DNA of 14,665 nucleotides, from the NCBI GenBank assembly GCA_042570655.1, contig JBHPGL010000031.1:1-14665 (forward strand), written 5' to 3'. Positions 7,901 through 13,389 of this stretch are shown in pieces (the first letter of the stretch is position 1; each line of letters opens with the position of its first letter). Under the pieces are notes generated by a model that did no database searches, was not told the origin of the DNA, and was given only the letters and a program-made list of their open reading frames with translations. Made by a program: the position numbers and the translations under genes. Source of the DNA: Nanobdellota archaeon (lineage in GTDB: Archaea > Nanobdellota > Nanobdellia > Woesearchaeales > JBHPGL01).

Positions 7901-8349
7901 TAAGGACCATCATCACAAGCTTCTCCTGAATCAACAATACTATTACCACAAGTTCCTGGAAGAGTTATGGGTAGGCAACTTCCATCTTGTTGTACAATGA
8001 AATTCTCATTAACATTCCAACTCCAACCACTGGTTGATGCTTGTAAACCAATTGGATTACCTTTATTTGTGATTGTAGTAACACAATATTTATAATTAGT
8101 TGAACCTTCAGGAATAGGTAGACATTTATTAGCGTTTAAACATATTGCACCTGGATTTGATGATACATAAAATAATGCTTCATTTCCTGTATCTTTATTT
8201 TTAATAGTAACATGATCTTCTGAATTATAGCATTTCATATTTACTTTATCCTTATCTTCCAAACTTACTTCCCAACATAATGCGTTTACTGAATAAATTA
8301 ATAAAATTACAATAATTAATAAAGAAAATTTATTCTTCAATAATTTCAC
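4945..8349 (-). CDS. Giant secreted mosaic protein of 1134 aa. It has a signal peptide, Cys-rich modules (a Myxococcus-type CGNxxxDxGExCDDG repeat, a CGDGECG...CPEDC module and DxDCDG acidic motifs), a Trp/Gly-rich central domain and a C-terminal beta-propeller-like region of about 430 aa with recurring D-G-G-Y-[IV] signatures.
   Basis: The N terminus MKLLKNKFSLLIIVILLIYSVNALC is a classic signal peptide. TCGNSIVDSGEACDDGP and PCDDGNPNTLNDLCDG resemble the Myxococcus cysteine-rich repeat. ICGDGECGYDETPLTCPEDC matches the module repeated in the protein at 13390-14665. Residues 340-500 and 615-705 are extremely Cys-rich. DNGYIMVGFT, DGGYIMGTTI, DGGYVLWSQD and SNGYATVGY recur at about 70-80 aa spacing after residue 705. 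Confidence 0.85.
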   Translation of the reverse strand: MKLLKNKFSLLIIVILLIYSVNALCWEVSLEDKDKVNMKCYNSEDHVTIKNKDTGNEALFYVSSNPGAICLNANKCLPIPEGSTNYKYCVTTITNKGNPIGLQASTSGWSWNVNENFIVQQDGSCLPITLPGTCGNSIVDSGEACDDGPYTTIEQGWLEGECAPDCTFINHVYAPTALIGGYMVRSNPWGVIWAGWVLNNYRLNGHDRSGYITQINGNAFCGEKTNGITYQEVDKIIGVGQDTSLPSLPAGVDFPSGSRIIRARTGWSGWILNSGFNEINYYPGKWDYGWTQHEYIDIWCGPGGLERPYNEQVQAATYKTDVAGLADVWFPENVNPNMVPPICTPNPNSCIGTLSINSYPCYVTAGTPCDDGNPNTLNDLCDGHGICGGIISICGDGECGYDETPLTCPEDCGCPPDYNNCDNDWSNGCETFGACCTPAYRNACDYTDGCGATRSTAKYNPCDLNSDTFCNLETDCSDGTDNDCDGLVDDQDEDCCSAMTECPPWTDDPVQKDQTLIKAEHITELCTCVRELESNLNQPLTNCETNPNNIRNIIIESSDFSQLWNAIENLETTINSRGGSVSNSWTSSTPTPNSYIYASQMNEMRSNINNLRLNSCVEPPCTPDCAGKQCGNDGCESTCGPGCSTGYSCDNDQCIISCTDECSLSGKIECAGDQIKTCGYHDTDPCLEWNTPQNCPSGQTCSKDLEIISLHPDDPIYTGGTLFSIDKSHDNGYIMVGFTEKILTQAELDASYLPDYNAKRLHYNDIYVVKTNENGEKIWEKRYDENDFSKSDPYGTLNNRAYSISRTTDGGYIMGTTITTNHDNNYIFDAPAEGTCFLVKLNSNGDIDWSEELLYYNVVNGQYWPIGHYCQVKQMSDGGYVLWSQDRGGNLGSIMFKTDSSGTVIWSEYMQHDFNPGPGLDIPSFIDLIEDNENLIMLGIASRYDSYSNFKGYITKINKNTGAKVSSQFIDIYGTGSRLYPHSIYKEGSNYLVLYNWGDTDPTSWARTEQIGIVRYDSNLNEISHKEINLDFKADLNGVKRSDGNFIISGTSIEGDNMYLNVVIIDENSNVIEKSKGLLNNLGAYVGAVGKTISIDAIEGYSNGYATVGYRIYNFDDFLGENFLAISGQEESCK

Positions 8350-8593
8350 CTTCTTGAGTTATTTCTTCAATAATATTTTCTTCTTGAATTGGACTTTGAT
8401 TTTTAATGACATCATCTATTATTTCATCTTCACCTAATGTTTCATTAAAGAAATTTTCAAATAATTCTCGTTCTAATTCTTCTTGTGATGGTGGTCTATC
8501 TTTTAATATAAATATAAATAAAATTGTTAAAATTAGAACTATTAAGATACTAGTTATTATTAATATTTTGTATTTTTTATCCATAATAATCAC
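8330..8593 (-). CDS. Small single-pass membrane protein of 87 aa with an acidic C-terminal tail. Its last 20 nt overlap the start of the giant protein gene.
   Basis: The sequence has a K-rich N terminus, a hydrophobic helix (ILIITSILIVLILTILFIFIL) and an E/D-rich tail. It is on the same strand as the giant gene and directly upstream of it, overlapping at 8330-8349. The ORF is short and of low complexity, so this call is only moderate. Confidence 0.45.
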   Translation of the reverse strand: MIIMDKKYKILIITSILIVLILTILFIFILKDRPPSQEELERELFENFFNETLGEDEIIDDVIKNQSPIQEENIIEEITQEGEIIEE

Positions 8594-8672
8594 ATTTAGA
8601 ATTAATTAAACTTTGATATCTTTTCTCAAGTTTAATTTTTTGCATTTTATCATTTGTTTAAATTTTTATTTT

Positions 8673-9596
8673 TTATTTGTATACAGCATATGTTGCTTCT
8701 ACACATTCTGTTTCTGATCTGCATATTTGATTTGCTTTAATATCTCCATTTACATCCAACTCAATATTGGTTGATGGAGTTTTACCAATTCCTATATTTC
8801 CTTGATTATAATAAATACCATTCGAATCTGGTTGCCAATAGTTGTTAACTAATTCGTCAACTTGTGCTTCAAGAATCTCTATTGCTAAATTTAACGCATC
8901 AATTGTAGGTGAGTTAATTATTCCCGTAACAGTTAAAGCACCATCAATATTTGTTGTTCCTAAATTTGTTTGACCACCAACCGTTAAATCTCCACCAATA
9001 TTCGTATTACCACCAACATTTAAATTATCTGATATATCTGTGTTACCATTGATGTCAACATTTTGTTTTTGTGAATCTATTCCCACAATTAAATCTCCAT
9101 AAACTTGTAAATCTTGATTATTAATTGTTGATCCAATTGTTACAGTACCATCTGAAATAATATTCCCTGATACGTATAAGTCTTGTATTAACCCACTATT
9201 TCCAATATTAATTTGATTTGATGTTGAATAAAGTATACCATCAATTAATAGATTGCCAGTAATAATGGCACTACCTGCAACTTCTAAATCAGGATTAATA
9301 TAAACACCAAACCCACCGTCAAAATAACCTGTATATTCAGGATCATCTGTAACAACATGAAGTCTTCCTTGTAATGTTGTAGCTATTGTACTATTAATGC
9401 CAACATATCCTGGGAAAAACCATTTTGAAGTATCATCACAATCATTCTCACAAAATATACCGTCACCTATTTGATTTGCTGGATGGCCTGGGTTTGGAAC
9501 TGCTGCACTAACATTTAAACTAATAAGAACACCAAATATAACTAGAAAAATAGAAATATACAATACCTTATCATTAGATTTAATCCTAATACCCAA
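8673..9596 (-). CDS. Secreted repetitive beta-helix-like protein of 307 aa with a phage-tail-fibre-like C-terminal motif.
   Basis: It has a signal peptide or anchor (VLYISIFLVIFGVLISLNVSA). A long run of G/N/T/I/L-rich repeats such as NIGNSGLIQDLYVSGNIISDG and NVGGNTNIGGDLTVGGQTNLGTTNIDGALTVTG is typical of a parallel beta-helix. The C-terminal GNIGIGKTPSTNIELDVNGDIKA, encoded about 8733-8801, matches the 'GNVGIGTT.P...LDVNG' motif that I recall from phage tail fibre or collar proteins and chlorovirus surface proteins. Confidence 0.7.
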   Translation of the reverse strand: MGIRIKSNDKVLYISIFLVIFGVLISLNVSAAVPNPGHPANQIGDGIFCENDCDDTSKWFFPGYVGINSTIATTLQGRLHVVTDDPEYTGYFDGGFGVYINPDLEVAGSAIITGNLLIDGILYSTSNQINIGNSGLIQDLYVSGNIISDGTVTIGSTINNQDLQVYGDLIVGIDSQKQNVDINGNTDISDNLNVGGNTNIGGDLTVGGQTNLGTTNIDGALTVTGIINSPTIDALNLAIEILEAQVDELVNNYWQPDSNGIYYNQGNIGIGKTPSTNIELDVNGDIKANQICRSETECVEATYAVYK

Positions 9597-9685
9597 TCAC
9601 CCTCTTTTACAAAAAGTATTAATTCTCAATATTTAAATGTTTGGGTTTGTCAAGGTTGAGTTACAAATTATAATAGAAAAATTTA

Positions 9686-9714
9686 AATAATACTTAGTAT
9701 TACTTAGTATTATT
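9686..9714. promoter_or_regulatory. Candidate operator. A tandem direct repeat TACTTAGTAT x2 (9691-9710) sits inside an extended imperfect palindrome AATAATACT...AGTATTATT, just downstream of a TATA-like TTTAAATA (9682-9689) and 9-13 nt upstream of the RHH gene start.
   Basis: The repeat is read directly from the sequence, and each unit is itself nearly palindromic. It lies in the divergent intergenic region between the RHH regulator gene (+) and the surface-protein cluster (-). RHH proteins classically bind repeated or palindromic operators in their own promoters. Confidence 0.3.
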
Positions 9715-9722
9715 GGTGAAAA

Positions 9723-9983
9723 ATGGAAATAATTAGCATGAAAATGGATAAGAATATGTTAAATAATATGGATAATACATTAAAAAAACATAATTATTCA
9801 ACTAGAACAGAATTTATTAGAGATGCAATCAGAGATAAGTTAGAAAATCTTAGTAAAGATGAATTAATTCGAGAATTTCTAAAGTTTAGAGGGAAAGCTA
9901 AGAAGAAAACAAGTGATACAGAATTAAGAAAGATTAGAGAGGAAGCTTACAAAGAACTTGTAAAAGAGAAAGGATGGGATTAG
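9723..9983 (+). CDS. Ribbon-helix-helix (CopG/MetJ/Arc family) DNA-binding protein of 86 aa.
   Basis: It has an N-terminal beta-strand followed by the helix motif STRTEFIRDAIRDKL, the canonical RHH 'S/T-R-S/T-E-F-I-R-x-A-I' signature. The C terminus is K/E-rich. A possible SD, GGTGA, is at 9714-9718. Alternative in-frame ATGs at 9738 and 9744 are also possible starts. Confidence 0.7.
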   Translation: MEIISMKMDKNMLNNMDNTLKKHNYSTRTEFIRDAIRDKLENLSKDELIREFLKFRGKAKKKTSDTELRKIREEAYKELVKEKGWD

Positions 9984-9999
9984 AATTCATCTGTTGGGT

Positions 10000-10554
10000 T
10001 TATTCACTAAATATATCTGCCTGGAATTTATAGATTTTTACATCTATATTCTTCCACTCATCGACATCTAATCCAGCTTTCTGACAAGTCATCTCTAACG
10101 CTTTTTCAACATCACAATTATACTCTGTAAAGACCTGCGGAAGTAATAACCCAGATCCATAATCAGATCTAATAATTAAACCATCCTTACCAATCTTAAT
10201 CTTATCTAAATATTCTTCTGGTTTTTCTACTTCAATCATTTCTGGTTTGGTAAGAACACTCATTTCAATTTTGATTTCTTTTAATTCATCTTCTACTACA
10301 GCAGGAAATCGTGGATCGTGAAACGCTGCAGATCTGGCAGCTTCAATAATAGCTTTATACAGTTTTTCAACTGGTTCAGGAAAACCAATACAACCTCGTA
10401 ACTCATTATTTTTATTTAATGTAACAAAAACACCTTGTTTGTCAGAAAATTTTTCTTTAATTTCATCAGATACTTCTAATTCTTTATCAATAAAAAAAAT
10501 AGAAATTGAATCCCTAGCAAGTATTAACAAAGCTTTTTTATCAGATTCGTTCAT
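10000..10554 (-). CDS. AMMECR1-domain protein.
   Basis: It contains the hallmark LRGCIG motif (ELRGCIGFPEP), AFHDPRFPAV, GLLLPQV and the C-terminal TCQKAGL...W...Y.F motifs, consistent with the AMMECR1 family that is common in archaea. The start overlaps the rpoL stop by 4 bp. Confidence 0.85.
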   Translation of the reverse strand: MNESDKKALLILARDSISIFFIDKELEVSDEIKEKFSDKQGVFVTLNKNNELRGCIGFPEPVEKLYKAIIEAARSAAFHDPRFPAVVEDELKEIKIEMSVLTKPEMIEVEKPEEYLDKIKIGKDGLIIRSDYGSGLLLPQVFTEYNCDVEKALEMTCQKAGLDVDEWKNIDVKIYKFQADIFSE

Positions 10555-10838
10555 TTTTTTAGTTTTGCAACTTCTTTAAGGAACTTTTCAGCATTACTTT
10601 TCATACTTTTTAGAACTTTTTGGATTACTTTTTTAACATCATTTCCTTGAGTTACTTCAACAATTAATTTAGGTACTCCAACTAAAGGATGGTCTACTCT
10701 ATAAGCTGCAGCCTTAACACTACTTTCTTTCCACAGTTCTTTTACAAACATATTGCAAAATCCATGATCTGATCCTTTCAATTCGAACAATATTCGATTT
10801 TTACTTTCTTCTAAAACGTTAATTTCCATTTTATACAC
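10551..10838 (-). CDS. rpoL: DNA-directed RNA polymerase subunit L (Rpb11 homologue).
   Basis: The 95-aa product contains ILFELKGSDHGFCNMFVKEL...AAYRVDHPL, matching the archaeal RpoL pattern (EFELEGEDHTL.N.LR.EL...AGY..PHPL). The true start may be the internal MEINVL Met. Confidence 0.8.
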   Translation of the reverse strand: MYKMEINVLEESKNRILFELKGSDHGFCNMFVKELWKESSVKAAAYRVDHPLVGVPKLIVEVTQGNDVKKVIQKVLKSMKSNAEKFLKEVAKLKK

Positions 10839-10896
10839 CTAATTTATCAAAATTATGGTCTTTATTTAAAAGCTTTTCTGTTTTTTTAAGTGATAT

Positions 10897-11003
10897 AATT
10901 ACATTGTCACGCTCCGTGTCGCCTAATTAATATTAAGACGAAATACATGTCTTCGCGCATCGCTTATTTTATTAGAGTACTACGCATGGTGACAATGTAA
11001 TTA
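10897..11003. ncRNA. Candidate structured small RNA, or a miniature inverted-repeat element. A perfect 14 bp terminal inverted repeat, AATTACATTGTCAC (10897-10910) with GTGACAATGTAATT (10990-11003), encloses 79 nt of GC-enriched sequence.
   Basis: The inverted repeat is read directly. The interior (GCTCCGTGTCGCC...AAGAC-GAAATACAT-GTCTT...CGCGCATCGC...) is clearly more GC-rich than the surrounding promoter DNA and contains local hairpins. TGATATAAT at 10891-10899 immediately upstream could be a TATA box. It lies in the divergent rpoL/RPA intergenic region. I could not assign it to a family. Confidence 0.3.
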
Positions 11004-11084
11004 TTTTTGAATGTTTTAGCTATTATTTTTGAAAATACAAAACTTTTTAAATAACTGATTTTTATTTCAATATGGGGTGTTAGA

Positions 11085-12101
11085 ATGATCAAAATTCCTT
11101 ATGACGAATTAATTTCAAAGATTGAAGAAAGTGGTTCCTTATCTAAAAAAGATATTGAAGAGAAAATTGAACAAAAAATGTCACAATTATCAGGACTTAT
11201 TTCTAAAGAGGGTGCAGCACATATTGTTGCAAATGAACTCGGTATTAAAATTGTTAAACCCGAACTAATTACAGGTAAACTTAAAATTAAAGATATCTTA
11301 ACTGGACTTAGAAATGTTGAAACTGCTGGTAAAATAACACAAAAGTTTGAACTTCGAGAATTTCAAACAGATACAAGAAAGGGTAAGGTTGCAAATTTTC
11401 TCATGGGCGATGAAACCGGTATGATAAGGGTTGTATTATGGAACGATAAAGCTGAATTAATTAATAGTATAGAAGTAGATAATATTATTAAAATTAAAAA
11501 TGCGTATGTTCGGGAAAATAATGGGAAAAAAGAACTGCATCTTGGAGATAAAAGTGAATTAATTGTTAACCCAGAAGGTGAAACTATTGGAGAAGTTAAA
11601 AAGTTTGATCCTGCAAAAAGAAAACAAATTAAAGAGTTAACTGAAGAAGATCAAAATATTGAGTTAGTTGCTTCGGTTGTACAGGTATTCGATCCAAGAT
11701 TTTATGAAGTATGTCCAAAATGCGGGAAAAGGTTAAAACAAGTTGAAGGAGTTTGGCATTGTGATAAAGATGGAAATCAAGAACCAGGTTATTCTTTTGT
11801 TGTTAACACAGTTATTGATGACGGTAGTGATAATTTACGAGCTACATTTTTCAGGAATCAAACTTTAAGATTGTTTAACATGACAGAACAAGAAATATTA
11901 CTGAATAAAGATGTTGATAATGCATTTCAAGGTAAAAAAGATGAATTACTTGGACATTTGATTAAAGTTGTTGGTAGGACATCTAAAAACGAAATGTTTG
12001 ATCGTCTTGAATTTATTCCTCAACTAGTCTTTATTGATGTTAATCCTGACGAAGAAATTCAAAGGTTAAATGACGAGATTGAAAAGATGGAGAAAGAGTG
12101 A
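11085..12101 (+). CDS. Replication protein A-like ssDNA-binding protein with an OB-fold and a C-terminal zinc ribbon.
   Basis: The OB-fold signature is KITQKFELREFQ...GKVANFLMGDETGMIRVVLWNDKAE...IKIKNAYVRENNGKKELHLGDKSELI (the RPA 'L.DETG.IR.TLW' pattern). The Cys4-type ribbon is CPKCGKRL...WHCDKDG. A likely SD, GGGGTG, is at 11064-11069. Confidence 0.8.
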   Translation: MIKIPYDELISKIEESGSLSKKDIEEKIEQKMSQLSGLISKEGAAHIVANELGIKIVKPELITGKLKIKDILTGLRNVETAGKITQKFELREFQTDTRKGKVANFLMGDETGMIRVVLWNDKAELINSIEVDNIIKIKNAYVRENNGKKELHLGDKSELIVNPEGETIGEVKKFDPAKRKQIKELTEEDQNIELVASVVQVFDPRFYEVCPKCGKRLKQVEGVWHCDKDGNQEPGYSFVVNTVIDDGSDNLRATFFRNQTLRLFNMTEQEILLNKDVDNAFQGKKDELLGHLIKVVGRTSKNEMFDRLEFIPQLVFIDVNPDEEIQRLNDEIEKMEKE

Positions 12102-12103
12102 TT

Positions 12104-12119
12104 ACTTTTTTTTTATTTA
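12104..12119 (+). terminator. Oligo-T tract (T9 at 12106-12114, then TATTTAT) immediately after the RPA stop codon. This looks like an archaeal intrinsic termination signal.
   Basis: The run of nine T residues begins 5 nt after the TGA at 12099-12101. Archaeal RNAP terminates at oligo-T tracts without needing a hairpin. Confidence 0.35.
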
Positions 12120-12839
12120 TTAAAACATATATCTAACATATTCTATTTCTTCTTTTAATAAATCTAGATTTTTTTCGTCAAAGATTTCTTCAATTACAAT
12201 AGGAACATCTGAATTATGTATTGGATCTAATGATCTGAAAAAATCTGCTTTACAAGGTTTTAACTGTAAATGTCCTCGACCATCTTTTGAACCACTTAAA
12301 TGAAATTGTGTTATTCTCTCTTTAAATTCATGATAATAAATTTGTGATTCTAAAGGAGAAATTTGGTATGCATGGGTAACATCAAGACAAAATCCCATAT
12401 CTGGATTTTCTCTCATGATACTTTTTAATTCTGGTAATGGTACTACATGTTTTGGAGGCATATTTTCAGTTGAACATTTCATATCATATTTTCCTAGCAT
12501 AACTGGACCTGGAACAACTCTTGGATGGATGATTACATTATGAGCATTAATTTTATCATACAATTCTTTAATATAATCTAACTGCTTGTATATTTCGTTT
12601 ATATCTTTTGCTCCTGTTGTCATATTAAACGGAGCATGAATGGTATTGTATTCTAACGATTGTAAATATTCAATATTCTCATTAGATAGTTCAAATTTAA
12701 ATAATCTTTCAATATACGCAAAAGTTAGTTCTACTCCATCAATATCTAAAGGTTTGATATAATCTAAAAGTTCATTAATATTATCTTCTTCAGACCATTT
12801 ATAAATATTTCCTGTTGCAAAAGTTATTATTCTCCCCAT
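12120..12839 (-). CDS. Xylose-isomerase-like TIM-barrel protein (AP endonuclease family 2 / sugar-phosphate isomerase-epimerase fold).
   Basis: Metal-ligand motifs occur in the order and spacing of endonuclease IV / xylose-isomerase-like barrels. They are HAP (NTIHAPF), IIHP, TENM, CLDVTHAY (compare endo IV LDTCHAF), FHLSGSKDGRGH (compare endo IV HLNDSK...DRH) and IVIEE. At 239 aa it is shorter than a canonical endonuclease IV, so I leave the subfamily unassigned. Confidence 0.55.
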   Translation of the reverse strand: MGRIITFATGNIYKWSEEDNINELLDYIKPLDIDGVELTFAYIERLFKFELSNENIEYLQSLEYNTIHAPFNMTTGAKDINEIYKQLDYIKELYDKINAHNVIIHPRVVPGPVMLGKYDMKCSTENMPPKHVVPLPELKSIMRENPDMGFCLDVTHAYQISPLESQIYYHEFKERITQFHLSGSKDGRGHLQLKPCKADFFRSLDPIHNSDVPIVIEEIFDEKNLDLLKEEIEYVRYMF

Positions 12840-12892
12840 AACATAATTAATGAGTTAATTATTTAAATAGTTAAGTATTCTCTAGTACTACT

Positions 12893-13213
12893 ATGGATAA
12901 AGATAAATTATTTAATGAATATGTAGAAAAAGATGATTTACCTAGAGATGATTTGGAAAAACAAATTATTTTGAAAAAAATAATGGAAAAGTTTGAGTTT
13001 GATAAAATTTATAATGAAATGGAAGTTAGTGAGATAATTAAAGAATTTTTTTCTGATTTCCCTTTAATAAGAAGAGAGCTTGTTAATTTTGGTTATATGC
13101 AACGTGATCCTTACAAGGGAGAGTATCAAGTTATTAAGAAAGAGTTGAATCAAAAAGATCTTGATAAGATTAAAGGTAACCAAGATAAGTTTAAGAAAAA
13201 TAATGTTTATTAG
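12893..13213 (+). CDS. Stand-alone DUF2087-domain protein of 106 aa.
   Basis: KQIILKKIMEKFEFDKIYNEMEVSEIIKEFFSDFPLIRRELVNFGYMQRDPYKGEYQV matches my recollection of the DUF2087 consensus (...vL..ia..F.pg..Y.E.EVN..L.....D.a.LRR.LVd.g.L.R....g.Y). That domain is normally found at the C terminus of HTH regulators. A T5 run follows the stop. Confidence 0.55.
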   Translation: MDKDKLFNEYVEKDDLPRDDLEKQIILKKIMEKFEFDKIYNEMEVSEIIKEFFSDFPLIRRELVNFGYMQRDPYKGEYQVIKKELNQKDLDKIKGNQDKFKKNNVY

Positions 13214-13389
13214 TTTTTCTATATAAAAATCCGATATATTTATAAATGATTAAGATATACATTCACTTATTAATGACGATTAGGACTTTGGCTGTAAATA
13301 TGCTAATTCTGGCTATAGTTCTGGGGTGGATGGTTGATCATAATAATTATGATTATAAAGTATCCTAGAAAAAAAGAGGTTGTGTCAAA

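Noticed and set aside
8406-8609. A 67-aa ORF (+) that overlaps the small membrane protein gene on the opposite strand.
   Set aside because: It is a Ser/Ile/Asn-rich low-complexity sequence with no start context, antisense to a more plausible gene.
13338-13352. The AT-only palindrome TCATAAT-A-ATTATGA upstream of the 13390 gene.
   Set aside because: Short AT-only palindromes are expected by chance at roughly 30% GC, and no partner repeat or regulator gene lies adjacent. I note it only as a possible binding site.
13296-13364. A 22-codon ORF (MLILAIVLGWMVDHNNYDYKVS) in the intergenic region before the 13390 gene.
   Set aside because: It is too short, has no SD and shows no conservation evidence. 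A leader peptide is conceivable but cannot be supported.
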